A program made the translations under genes and the position numbers. A stretch of 63,365 bases of DNA, the filler included, from Octopus bimaculoides (Eukaryota): NCBI RefSeq assembly GCF_001194135.2. It is 4 parts of 4 records of this genome, joined end to end, with 100 filler letters (N's around TTAATTAATTAA, not from the genome) between each part and the next. Parts side by side here need not be neighbours in the genome. Positions count along the whole stretch, not along the records: positions 1 to 23,913 come from NC_068981.1; positions 24,014 to 54,538 come from NC_068987.1; 2 more parts are not named here. One strand, 5' to 3'. The notes under the pieces were generated by a model that saw nothing but the letters and a program-made list of their open reading frames with translations, made no database searches and had not been told where the DNA came from. Of the stretch, positions 10,536-26,965 are shown piece by piece (the stretch's first letter is position 1; every line of letters starts with the position of its first letter).

Positions 10536-12948
10536 GGTTAAGTCGTCTCCATTCTTAGTCCTTCAAACTTTAATAGCAATGTCATCTCAGTCACTTAGAA
10601 CCAATAACTCCAATGCAGATAAAACTGTTTTGAATTCCACCTTTCTTATACACATGAAAAATATATTCTGCTAGATACTAATATAACTCACGAAATGTTG
10701 TAACAACAGTATCTCTATTCAGTCATTCAAATTGCTAGATAGATATAGCAGCTGCATTTCCCACAAAACACTCTATACCTTCCTATAAACAATGGACGGT
10801 AATTTCACAACGGCTTATCCGATAACAGCTGACTTTGAGTGAAATTAAAAAAAAAAAAAGCTGATGGTTATATCTTTGAGCTGGCATCAGCTTTTATTAT
10901 TAGTAAGTGGGAAGAACTCGCAGAGCTTCGGAAAAATTATTTTGGAATTTTTTTACAATGCTTTAATTACTGAAATAAGATCCCACACAATATCATTATA
11001 CTCGCTTCCCTGTGTATTGTCATTAGAGTGTGTATCACAGAAATTGATAAATCTGTGAATATGAGGACGTAATGCAGAGAGATGAAGTGATTGCAGAACT
11101 AAGAGATGATAATTGTTCCTGTGGTAATTGGTGCACTGGTCACAACATTCAAACAACTTCCAAACACGGAGAAGGATATAGGAATTGAGACACACATTGT
11201 CGACCAATAGAAACGTGTATTCTATAAGAATCTCTAGAGTCTTGAGTTTTGAGAAAGTTTACAAATTATAAAATAGAAATGGAACAAACTAGTAAGTACA
11301 TAAATTGAGTAATTTCGCATATACTCGAATGTCTACATAATCATATATACATTTTGATACACATAGGACTACACATACAACTCAATGTTTACACAACTAT
11401 GTGAAATTTACAGGACACACATTCACGCATATGAACGCACGTGTCACAAACGAAGCAAAAACAAAAACAAAAACTTTTTATTTTCATTTTTCGAAATAAC
11501 ACAGACAGAGTGAACCATTCATAAGTTCGAAAACACCACAAAATATAATAAAAACCTATGTTCGGAGATATATCTATAAAAAAAAAAAAAAAAAAATACA
11601 GTCGAATACAGATCTCCTAGCCTTAAGGAGCCTTAAGAGCAATGTTTACATGCAGAGAATTCGGTGAGGGTGTTGTTTCAAAAACTTAACCCTAACCAGA
11701 CAAATCCGCCCCCTAATATCTCATGCCTCAGTGATAACAAAGCAAAATACAAACCAGGTTAGTCGTTAACCGGATTACAATGGGCCACACACTCGATATA
11801 GATCTGTTAGCTTTAAGAAGCTGTGTTACGACCAATGATTACATGCAGAGAACACGGAGTCTGTGTTGTCTCAAAAAATTAACTCTAAACAAACAAATCC
11901 GTCCCCTAATGTCAACGTCGATGCTTGTCATGCCTCACTGTAAACAAAGCAAAATACAAACCGGAATGGTCATCGACCGGATTATAAAAGGCCACTTACT
12001 CGAATGTTCAACCAGATTCGAGACGAAAAATCAGCTACTGGTTCAAATCTTCCCGACACACAGAAGCTGGCAGTACCCCTCAACCGGAATATTCCAACAG
12101 ATGGCCATCCATGCTCGTCATCAAATAACCAAAAGAAAAAGAATGAAAAATGGTCTAGGGAAGATAATAAAGAAGTTCTTACGGCCTTCTATCATACCAT
12201 ATATTTTTCCACTAATAAATCTAATACTGTACAAACCTACTTAAAGGGGAGACAGAAACATCTTGAAGTAAGACACTACGTAGACAGTAACATACGTGCC
12301 AACGTCAGAAGAAACATTATGAAAAAAAATATTACTGACTGAAGTATGATTGCCCAAATTAAACAAGCAGTAAGGGATGAAAAGAACGAAGCTGCAGCTA
12401 AAGATGATACTAGAGAGGAAATAATTATGGACCAGCCCAGGGCTGATGAAAACGCTGTAATAATTGAAAGAGTTAATGTAATTGACAGGCAAAGTGAAAT
12501 ACTCTCTGAACCAACCATAAACACTAAGGCAGATGACAATCAAATAAATGAAGACAGTCACACAAATATTGACCCAACAGACCTACATGATCTAAAATAA
12601 CAAATCATGATTGAATGGTTGAAAATTAAAGAAACCAGTACGGATGAACGCGATACTCTCCCAAAAATTCGCAATTCTAACCGAAACCTGAAAATAATTG
12701 GTAAAATTCGCCTTGCACTTAAAGATGTTGATATCACAGATCTCAACCACCTGTACTATGCATCCGCGAAAATCTCAACGATTCTATGTGGTGGAAAGAT
12801 TAGAAAACGGCAACATTCCCACAAAAAGCCTTCTTGGCAAGAGCGTATTCAACACCAAATTAAACTACTTAGGTGAGACATAGAATGTTTCAAAAACCTT
12901 AACTTTGGCAACACTACCAAACCTACAAAACCCCGAAAATTAAGGAAA
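10536..12948 (+). repeat. Left arm of a large inverted duplication (partner 20542-23913)
   Basis: Reverse-complement match at roughly 91-94%, covering non-TE flank as well as the 5' part of a Dong element. Confidence 0.9.
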
Positions 12949-14500
12949 AATATAATATGAAAACCATACTTGACATTGATGTCAATATAGGAACCAGCAA
13001 GCAAAAGGTATGTGCTAAAGCTGCCCGCATAGCAAGGTATGAAAAGCGCGTTAGATTCTTTAAGGACAATAATATGTTCAAAAATAATCCCAGAAGTCTT
13101 TACAGAAAGATAGGGAAAATATCATCAAATGAAGAAGCGCAGAGATTTTGGAATAAAATTTGGGCAGAAGAAAAGACACAATGAAAAGGCTTCTTGGATT
13201 GATACAATATCTACAGACTTAGACTCCTTAGAGGAGCAAAAGTGGGAGGGTGTCAAAGTAGAAGATATAAGATCTGCTCTCAGGAGGTCAAACAAATGGA
13301 AGTCTCCAGGAAAGGATAAAATTCCTAACGTCTGTTTGAATGCCTTCCCAGAGAGCCATGAACTGCAAGCAGAAATTTACAACAACGTTTTACAACATCC
13401 CAGTATGATGCCCTCTTGGCTAGTTAATAGTTTAATATTCATGCTTCCAAAAAATGAAGAAACAAATGAACCAAAAATTATAGACCCATAACCTGCTTAA
13501 CAACAATGTATAAAACGCTAACAGCTGTCTTGACTGAATATACCTATAGTTTTTTAATAGAAAGTAGGATATTCCCTGATTAGCGAAAAAGATGTAAACG
13601 TGGATCCTATGGTTGCTAAGATCAGCTACTCATCAATAAGATGATCTTAGAAGATTGTCACAAACGACACAAAGACTTGTCAATAGCCTGGATAGACTAT
13701 AAAAAAGATTTTGATAGCCTACTACATACCTGGATTAAGAAATGTCTGGAAATGTATAAATAGCACCTACTATGCGAAACTTTTTATCTGTAAGTATGAG
13801 ATCATGGAGAACCACACTGACTTTGAACAGTGACAATGAATCTCTAAATGCTGGAGATATAAAAATTTCATGTGGCATTTTCCAGGGTGACTTACTATCA
13901 CCACTCCTCTTTTGTCTAGCCTTAATACTTCTCTCAAAATTGCTCAACGGTTATAAAATGTTTGATAAAAATATAAATCATATCATTTACATGGATGATT
14001 TAAAGATCTTTGCAAAAAATGACCAACAACTCAAGGGCCTACTAGCTATTGTTAAACAATTCAGTGATGGCATCAGAATGCAATTTGGCCTCGAGAATTG
14101 TGCAAAAGCTACATGTATCAAAGCAAAAATGACAGAAACATCTAACGTTAGCCTTGGCCAATTGAATGTTTAAAAGAGTTAGAAGCAGCGGAGAGCTACA
14201 AATACCTAGGGGTATTTGAAGGTGACAGAATCAGGCATTCAGTGATGCGCGAATGTATCAGGAGGGAACGTTATCGCAGGGTGAGAGCAATACTCAAGAC
14301 AAAGCTGAATGCAAGAAACAGGATCGAAACGATCAATGCTTTAGCCATACCTGTCGTGAATTACAGTTTCAATATCATTAACTGGTCAATTACTGAAATA
14401 TGTAATCTTGACAGAAAAATACGAAAACTGTTGACAATGAATAGAATGCACCACCCTAAGACAGATATAGAACGACTTTATCTGCCAAGAAAAGAGGGAT
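11598..14500 (+). mobile_element. R4/Dong-clade retrotransposon, N-terminus to RT thumb, disrupted; endonuclease end missing
   Basis: KWSREDNKEVLTAFY (Myb-like N-terminus), WKSPGKDKIPN, PITCLTTMYK, AWIDYKK, IFQGDLLSPLLFC, YMDDLKIFAKN, YKYLG and HPKTDIERLYLPRKEG. Confidence 0.9.
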
Positions 14501-14502
14501 GA

Positions 14503-14942
14503 AGGGTTGTTGTTTTCACAGCGATAATGCTCTTCTCAGTACATGAGTCGTTCCAGTTAACACGATTTTTTTGCAATTCCTGTAGAGATGGTATGCCTGG
14601 TATCATTTTCAAATAGTTTTCAGTTCCTTTTTTCATCATTCCTAGAGATCCTACAATCACTGGTACGGTAGTCGCCTTGAGATGACACATGTTTTCAATT
14701 TCTATTAGCAAGTCTTTATATTTACTGATCTTGTCAAATTCTTTTGCTGCTATATTGTGATCACAAGGAATACTCATGTCAATTAATAATCACATCTTTT
14801 TTGTCTGATCTTTTATGATAATATCCGGTTCATTAGCTTTTATAGTCTTGTCGATATGTACGGGTAAGTCCCAGAGAATTCATACATTTTCTCCCTCAGT
14901 AACAGCTTCAGGATGGTGTTTATACCATTTGTCAGCGGTGTG
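14503..14942 (-). mobile_element. R4/Dong restriction-like endonuclease 3' fragment
   Basis: WYKHHPE..LWD..ANEPDIIIKD..IDMSIPCDHNIAAKEFDKISKYKDL..PVIVGSLG. The 5' end abuts (AAT)n. Confidence 0.88.
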
Positions 14943-14943
14943 G

Positions 14944-15009
<66 letters not shown>

Positions 15010-15243
15010 AATAATAATAATGATGATGATGATAATAATAGTAATAATAATAANNNNNNNNNNNNNNNNNNNNNNNNNNNNNNNNNNNNNNNNNNNNNNN
15101 NNNNNNNNNNNNNNNNNNNNNNNNNNNNNNNNNNNNNNNNNNNNNNNNNNNNNNNNNNNNNNNNNNNNNNNNNNNNNNNNNNNNNNNNNNNNNNNNNNNN
15201 NNNNNNNNNNNNNNNNNNNNNNNNNNNNNNNNNNNNNNNNNNN

Positions 15244-15481
15244 TATCATAAGAGGTGCCTTAGGTATAATAAAAAAATATTCAGACAAATACATAACAAA
15301 AACACCAGGACTTACAAATATATATAACATACAGAAAATTGCACTACTGGGCACAGCACACATCCTACACAAAACACTTTCAATACAGTAACCATAAGAG
15401 CACCACAGCACATACCCAAGGCGCACAGAGCTGCGCTCGGTAGTGAAGTGAAAGCACGTTATAAAAATAAAACTACTGAAC

Positions 15482-15552
<71 letters not shown>

Positions 15553-15560
15553 TAATTATG
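15244..15560 (+). mobile_element. R4/Dong 3' terminus with 3' UTR and (AAT)n tail
   Basis: IIRGALGIIKK..IQKIALLGTAHILHKTLSIQ*, then a UTR of about 95 nt and (AAT)n from 15482. Confidence 0.85.
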
Positions 15561-15585
15561 ATTTTAATGGCAGAGGAAACATCAA

Positions 15586-15900
15586 CAAATGTCCATCGGT
15601 TTGCTCAGTTAAAAGAATTGAACGCTGTAAAAACTGAATTCATAACTAAGCCAACCATAAGAGAAAGAACGGTGGTCAGATAATCATAAATACTATGCAA
15701 TAGATGATTGATGATACATCAATAATAACTATAATTATATTTATAGCTACGAAAGATACATAAATATATGTCCATAGGTACTGTTCACTTAAAAAAGTAA
15801 ACGCTGAAAAAACGGAACCCATAAAAACAAACAAGCCAATAGAGAAAGAACGCCGGACAAATAATCATAAATATTATGAAATAGTTGATTTATGATTTAC
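15586..15900. repeat. Diverged direct duplication of about 135 bp (15586-15720 and 15768-15900)
   Basis: Both copies run ATGTCCAT.GGT..TTAAAA..AACGCTG.AAAAAC..GAGAAAGAACG..ATAATCATAAATA.TATG.AATAG.TGATT. Confidence 0.75.
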
Positions 15901-16199
15901 ATACACTACTATGCAGCACTCCACCAAGAAAAAGAAAACAATAATACACTCATACTGTAAATACACAACATTAATATCAAAACCCATAACTTGTACCATA
16001 GAAAGTCAATACCCGAGAGAAAAAAACATACCCTGCGCTACCTAGTCAATACACAATACAAAAGCTAATACAACAGGAGACTCAAACCAAACCCCATAAT
16101 AAAACACACTGATACAAACAATATCCCCCACAAAACAACGCAGCGCGCACCACCACAAAAGTGCAACAAATGATGCAATAGAAAGTTGCTTCAAACTTT

Positions 16200-19100
16200 C
16201 ATATGTCGAAAACTAATAGTGGTGATGACGTTGGTGACGAACGTCACCTTACGTCACCTTACCTCAGTTTATGAGAGACAGGAGTTTCCGAAGAAATTCT
16301 GGTTGTAACAGCAAAAAAGAAGCTGGACTTTTAAGGGAAGATCTCTCACTAGGCTGGTTCAACAAAGATGCAGATTGACCACAGATGTTATCCTACAAAT
16401 ACAGCATCAGCAAATAATAGATCAAGGAGAAGGTAGGGGACCGGCGATAGAGACAGTATAGTGATGCATTGCTACTTAGAAAGTGAACCTTAAAGAAGGG
16501 GCTATTGAAAACTGATGTTAACACTTTGGGTAGAGAAGCGTATGTTTAAAGTGGCTGAGCAGAGATTAGTTGATCAAGCTAATGCTATTAGGAGAAGGAA
16601 GTGGATGACAGAATTGGAGGTAGAAGAGATCACAAGAGAAATGGAAAAGAAAGATCGGGCAGTAGAAAAGACAAACAACAACATAAGAGATACAGATCAA
16701 ACCAAAGAAGCAACTAAGTGAGAATCTAAGGGAAAAATAATGATAGCGCTAGCAATAAGGAAGGCACCAGTGACTTAAGTGATTTAAGCGAGGAAGATCA
16801 GACGACTTTAGATGAGTTACAAGAAGTAATGAGAAAAGAAGTAAGAAAAAGATTGCCAGCATTAAAAAGCACCAACAGAAGAAAGCTGCTAGAAAGGATT
16901 AGGAAGATAGATTCTGTTATCTTTAGGATAGATACTAAAAGTATAGGAGACATTAATTTACTGATCTATGCAGGAGGGATAGTAGTCCCTAGAAGATTAG
17001 ATATCTCACAAGGAAAGATTAAAAAAGAGTAAATGTGGAAAGAAGACTACAAAAAGAAAAAGTGAAAACAAGATCTGAGTAGAATAGAAGCCTCGAAACC
17101 GAACATGTTAGGAAACACAAGATGCCACTCTTCCTTCGAGGAAAGATACTTAGTCAAAGAGAAAGGATTTGTGAGAATAATAGAAGAGTTGAAATAGCGT
17201 ATCATAACAGTAACAGGCAAGCTCTCCAGATATCAGAAAAGAATAGATCACTATCAACAGAACATAGGGGATTTTATAAACCAAGTAGGTAGAAGAGAAC
17301 GAAGTACTAACGATAAGAAACCTAATGCAGAAGAAGCTAGGAAGTTCATGAGTAATATTTCGGATAAACCAGTCAATAATAAAGGAGAAGCAGTACGGTT
17401 AAAGAAAGTGAGGGAGGAAATAGTGAGTTAGAAGCAGCCAGGTCTAAGATTAAGAAGTCCACTAATGAGTAAAGTGTTAAGAAAAAGTGCCGAATTGGAA
17501 GGGCCAGGGACTAGATTTAGTTCAAGAGCACTGGCTAAAGAAATTTAGTAGTCTACATGAGAGACTGAGGGAACAACTTCAAGATTGCCTTAAAGGAGGA
17601 ATAATACCAGATTGGATGACTAGAGTGGGGACAATACTCACCATGAAAAATAAGAGCAAGGGGAATGCAGCTACCAACTATACACCAATCACTTGCTTAC
17701 CATTAGTGTGAAAGCTGTTAATAGGAATGTTTTCAGAAAGCATTTATGAGCAATGTGACAACCAGGATTTACTACCGGAAGGACTGAATGGTTGCAGGAA
17801 GAAGGTTAGACAAAGCAATTCTAAATGAAGTAAAAGCTAGAAAGAAAAATCTTACATTTGCATGGATAGATTATAGGAAAGCATATGACATGATCCCACA
17901 TTCATGGATATGTGAATGTCTGAGTATATTCGGTATAGCAGACAACATAAGAGAATTAATTCGCTTTAGCATGAAGAAATGGAAGGTAGATCTCTACTGA
18001 AGTGACACAGTCTTAGGGAAAGTTAATATCAAAAGAGGAATTTTCCAGAGAGATTTGTTATCCCCTTTAATATTCGTCTTATGTTTGACCCCCTTTAGTT
18101 TAGTGTTAAGGAAGGCAAAACCTGGGTATCAGTTCAGAAATAGAGTGAGAAAGTTTAACCATTTGATCTACATGGATGATCTAATGCTTCTTAGTAAGAA
18201 TGATAATGTGATTGATTCTTTAATACAGACTGTAAGTCTCATCAGCAATAATATAGGCATGAAATTTGACATAGATGAATGTGAAATATTAGTCATGAGA
18301 AAGAGACAGGTAGTCAACAGCGAAAGCATGCAATTACCAGACGGCCAGACATTAAAATCTTTGAAAGGAGGAGATAGTATCTAGGAATATTAGAATCTGA
18401 CAGGTTATTAACTACAGAAATGAAAACGAAACTTGAGGAGTACATCAGAAGGGTGAGGAAGCTAATGAAGGCAAAGCTAAATGGTCCAAATCTAATGAAG
18501 GCTGTAAATACTTGGGTAGTATCATTACTTAAGTACCCAGCATTTATTGTAGATTGGACAAAAACTTAATTAGCAAAGCTAGACAGAAGAACTAAGAAGG
18601 AATTCAATATAAATGGAGGACTCCATCTAAGGGCAGGAGTAGAAAGATTATACTTACTTACAAAGAAGGTGGAAGAGGGTTAATATCAGTAGAAATTGCC
18701 TAAAGTTAGCTAGAGTAGATATAGACTCTTATGTAGGTAATAGTGAAGAAAGTTTAGTAAAATCTGCTAGAGTCACAGCAAGACATAGGGAACCGAAAAA
18801 CCAGAAAAAAGAACAGATATTATCTGAATGGCAGGAGAAAGCGTTGCATGGTAGATTTCAAAAGATATTTGCTACAAATAGTAGTAGTGAGACATGTTTA
18901 CGGTTGCAAAAACGAAAGCTGAAGTGAGAGACAGAAAGTTTGTTAGTAGCAGCACAAAATCAAGCATTAAGGACTAATTGGATAAAAGCTATGATAGACA
19001 AAACCAAATAGAATCCCAGTGTATATTATGCAAATCAGAAGAAGAAAGCGTTACTTATAAAGTAAGTGAATGTTGCATGCTGGCACAGAAAGAAAACAGG

Positions 19101-19292
19101 AAAAATGATGACAGTATCGGGAGAGTAATCTACTAGCAACTATGTAGAATGCTAAGATTTGAACATACTGATTAATGAAATGAACATGTACCTGCTAAAG
19201 TACTAGAAAGTAAGAAATATAAGATGTGCTACTTTAACATTCAAAGAGACATATTAATAGTAGCTAGAAGACCTGATTTGGTAGTAGTAGTG

Positions 19293-19349
<57 letters not shown>

Positions 19350-19432
19350 TATAAACGGAATAGAAAGTGATTGATAATTGAATTTACAGTCCGAAATGAT
19401 GAAAGCATTAATATGAGAAATTTAGAAGAAAT
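16200..19432 (+). mobile_element. Second R4/Dong subfamily element, near full length and heavily degenerate
   Basis: EQRLVDQANAIRRRKWMTELEVEEI, PITCLPL, AWIDYRKAYDMIPHSW, LSPLIFVLCL, YMDDL, LHGRFQ, CHC region and RPDLVVV. Confidence 0.88.
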
Positions 19433-19532
19433 NNNNNNNNNNNNNNNNNNNNNNNNNNNNNNNNNNNNNNNNNNNNNNNNNNNNNNNNNNNNNNNNNNNN
19501 NNNNNNNNNNNNNNNNNNNNNNNNNNNNNNNN

Positions 19533-20003
19533 ACTACTACTACTACTACTACTACTAGTACTACTACTACCAAATCAGGTCCTCTAGTTACTATTAATAT
19601 GTCTCTCTGAATGTTTAAGTCGCACATCTTATATTTCTTACTTTCTAGTACTTTAGCAGGTACATGTTCATTTCATTAATCAGTATGTTCAAAGCTTAGC
19701 ATTCTACATAGTTGCTAGTAGATTACTCTCCCAAGATTGTCATCATTTTTCCTGTTTTCTTTCTGTGCCAGCATGCAACATTCACTTACTTTATAAGTAA
19801 CGCTTTCCTCTTCTGATTTGCATAATATACACTGGGATTCTATTTGGTTTTGTCTATCATAGCTTTTATCCAATTAGTCCTTAATGCTTGATTTTGTGCT
19901 GCTACTAACAAGCTTTCTGTCTCTCACTTCAGCTTTCCTTTTTGCAACCGTAAGCATGTCTCACTACTACTATTTGTTGCAAATATCTTTTTGAATCTAC
20001 CAT
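19533..20003 (-). repeat. Fold-back inverted copy of 18848 to about 19310
   Basis: Reverse-complement match at about 96%, sharing the same in-frame stops. Confidence 0.9.
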
Positions 20004-20541
20004 TCCTGGTATCTGAGCTAGGTAGAAATCAGCCGCTTTTGCTATCATTCCCAGGGCACCTATGATAGTAGGTATTGTTTTAGTCCTCATGTCCCCCATT
20101 TTGCTAATTTCTATTTCAAGATCTTTATACTTGCTCAGTTTTTGGTAGGTCTTGACAGATATGTTTATATCGATTAGGACAGTCATATGAATGAGGAGGC
20201 ATGATTTTCGTCTGAAGTCTTTCAATATAATGTCTGGCCTATTTGCATCTACCTTTCTGACAGCTTGAACGGTGAAGTTCCAGAGGAGCGAGATGTAATC
20301 ATTTTCAAACGCTGGAGGTGGTTTGTATTCCCACCAATTTTTAACATGGGGCAGGTCCAGGTTTTTGCAAATTACCCAGTCAATATAATGTGCAGCGCTA
20401 TCATGCCTGTTGAGATATTCTGTAGGTGAGGCGCAAGAAGACATCACCTGGAGACAACATGATCAATAGTTTCATTTTGTTTTTGACATACACGACATGT
20501 TGGGAAGCTGCCGTTCTTTAATATGTTGGCCTGGTATTTCA

Positions 20542-23913
<3,372 letters not shown>

Positions 23914-24013
23914 NNNNNNNNNNNNNNNNNNNNNNNNNNNNNNNNNNNNNNNNNNNNTTAATTAATTAANNNNNNNNNNNNNNNNNNNNNNNNNNNNNNN
24001 NNNNNNNNNNNNN
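23914..24013. other. Artificial 100-nt scaffold spacer (44 N, TTAATTAATTAA, 44 N); repeated at 54539-54638 and 61924-62023
   Basis: Identical geometry three times. The palindromic 12-mer puts TAA in all six frames. Confidence 0.9.
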
Positions 24014-26066
24014 ATAGCATTGTGCTTGAGTTTGTTACCAAAGTTAATGTCTTCCTATGTTTATTAATTGATAACCAATAATTTTTAAAATATATATCAC
24101 ATCGAGAATATTCTGGAAATCTATTCAGTTTTGGAACAAATGATATGTTTTACCCAAGGAATTTTCCCTTCCGTTCAAACTAGAAGGTAAGTAAAAAGTT
24201 GTTTATCTTTAAAGAAATTGAATTGTAACTTTTATGTATGAAGCGAATTGGAATTCTTTCAAAAATTAAATCTAGCATTCTTTAATAAATATAAAAATAT
24301 TTAATTAAAAAAATCAAATGAAGAGCCTAAGATTTATCCGAGGTCAAATTATTCATGCATTACAAGTATGGAAGCATTTGGTGAAGTCGATTTCACATGA
24401 AAAGCGATTACACACACATCTCTGTTTTATATATAGTATAGATAAGACGGGCTTCTTTCAATTTTAGTCTACAAAATCTACATACAAGGCTTATATATAT
24501 ATATATATATATATACACAAACACTTAGAGAAAGAGAGAAAGAGTGAGAGAGTGATTGCTTGATTGAGTGAGTGAGAAGTGTATTTACAGACATGTACAA
24601 AGAAAGAAAAATCTGAATAGAAATATGGCTAAATGAACGGCGTAAAAGCTACTACCACTTGGTTGAAGCAAACAAAATTATAAATGAATATATCTTACAC
24701 CACATCCCAGGTATGTCTAGATAGTAGAGCAGACATAAAAAAACATAAGAACAAATTCAATAAAGCTTTGTCTTTGGAATTCAGAAAATCTCAGCTATTT
24801 TATACAACTAAGCTTTTTTACATTGTTCAAATGTGATTTTTAAACTATGAGACAGATATATTGTCCTCACAAGACACTGTGGCTTCTCGAGCAGACATAT
24901 TTAGTTTATGCTGTTGTATAGAAACACAACACTTGCAGATGTATCATGTTTGTAAATAAGTGGGTGTTTGCATTATATAGTTCATGTTATACAGACAGTC
25001 AATTGTCTGCTTTAAATACATCTAATACCAGCAATACAAAACGACGAGCTAACGGTGAAAACTCTATATGGTTGCTCTACTCACTAAAAATAACAGTCAA
25101 ATCCCATTTTAATGTCGTCATAGCTGAAAAATAAATAAAAGTCGGAATAGACACGGCTGGAGTATCATTTCAACATAGGTTTGCTTGATCTGGATTGTCC
25201 CTGTCTCCCATCATCGCTTGACAATCGAAGTTGGTGTGTTTACGTGTCTTTAACTTAGCGGCTTGGCCAAACACACCGATAGAATAATTACTAGGTAGTA
25301 TATATATATATATATATATATATATNNNNNNNNNNNNNNNNNNNNNNNNNNNNNNNNNNNNNNNNNNNNNNNNNNNNNNNNNNNNNNNNNNNNNNNNNNN
25401 NNNNNNNNNNNNNNNNNNNNNNNNNNNNNNNNNNNNNNNNNNNNNNNNNNNNNNNNNNNNNNNNNNNNNNNNNNNNNNNNNNNNNNNNNNNNNNNNNNNN
25501 NNNNNNNNNNNNNNNNNNNNNNNNNNNNNNNNNNNNNNNNNNNNNNNNNNNNNNNNNNNNNNNNNNNNNNNNNNNNNNNNNNNNNNNNNNNNNNNNNNNN
25601 NNNNNNNNNNNNNNNNNNNNNNNNNNNNNNNNNNNNNNNNNNNNNNNNNNNNNNNNNNNNNNNNNNNNNNNNNNNNNNNNNNNNNNNNNNNNNNNNNNNN
25701 NNNNNNNNNNNNNNNNNNNNNNNNNNNNNNNNNNNNNNNNNNNNNNNNNNNNNNNNNNNNNNNNNNNNNNNNNNNNNNNNNNNNNNNNNNNNNNNNNNNN
25801 NNNNNNNNNNNNNNNNNNNNNNNNNNNNNNNNNNNNNNNNNNNNNNNNNNNNNNNNNNNNNNNNNNNNNNNNNNNNNNNNNNNNNNNNNNNNNNNNNNNN
25901 NNNNNNNNNNNNNNNNNNNNNNNNNNNNNNNNNNNNNNNNNNNNNNNNNNNNNNNNNNNNNNNNNNNNNNNNNNNNNNNNNNNNNNNNNNNNNNNNNNNN
26001 NNNNNNNNNNNNNNNNNNNNNCAACGCCATACAGGGTGTGGGAAGGCTATACGTTTTGAATTGCAA

Positions 26067-26340
26067 CAGTGGTTCCCAAACTTTCCGGGCTGCCGCTCCT
26101 TTGACACCTACAAGCCACATTCCTAGCAACCCCACCCCAACTAACCATCACAAGCATAGACCTCTTTCTGAAGCAAATTCAAAGCAACTGTATTCAACAA
26201 ATAAAACTTAACCTAATTAACCCATTATTTCGCTTCTTTTACATGAATAGCTACCCTACCCCATTATCGCCCCACATTTCTTCAACGTTCCTTTGGAACT
26301 TTCCACCGCCCCCAGAGGGGCAATACCGCCCACTTTGACT
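26067..26340 (+). mobile_element. Non-autonomous hAT-like (Charlie-type) element
   Basis: Starts CAGTGGTTCCCAAACTTT and ends in a decayed GGGGCAATACCGCCCACTTTGA. A similar right end occurs at 58324-58355. Confidence 0.55.
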
Positions 26341-26811
26341 TACAAGAACAATCTACTCGACTGTCTTCAATACAGTCTTCCAGTCTCTGTCCATCCTGTT
26401 TCATTCATAAAGAATGAATCGAGTCGAGCCTGTAGAAAACAGCATGACACCAGGTGATCAGACTGAACTAGGGACTTGTAAGTTGCAAGCAAACATTGTA
26501 ACCATTCGACCATACTGCGCCTGTTTATAATATAATATAATAATACCACAGAATAAAATAAAAGTGAATATAAGGCACATGGCTGTTTAAATGGCTGTCA
26601 TGACTACCACGATATTATTCAGTTTCAAAGCATGACTTCTGAGCGAGTCATTTGTTAAAAACTACAATTAAGCAGGTTTAACACAAATTGTTAGATCACT
26701 GATAATTTGTGTCATAAAAACAGATTCTGTGACTGTTTCTACAGGACTTGTGAAATCGCAGAAAGAACAAGTGTACCGGATGAAGTCACCTTTTGTTATT
26801 TAGTTAAGTTG

Positions 26812-26965
26812 AAGCCGGCGAGCTGGCAGAATCGTTAAGCACGCCGGACAAAGTGCTTAGTGGCACTTCGTCTGTCTTTATGTTCTGAGTTGAAATGTCA
26901 CTGAGGTTCACTTTGCCTTTCATCCGTTCGGGATCGATAAAATAAATACCAGTCAAATACCAGTC
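26812..26965 (+). mobile_element. tRNA-derived SINE, family 2 (Meta-domain-like)
   Basis: GGCGAGCTGGCAGAA head and GCCTTTCATCC.TTCGGG.TCGATAAAATAA central motif. Confidence 0.8.

Noticed and set aside
23958-23969. TTAATTAATTAA palindrome occurring three times
   Set aside because: Each is centred in exactly 44+44 N, so it is an assembly spacer with six-frame stops and not biology.
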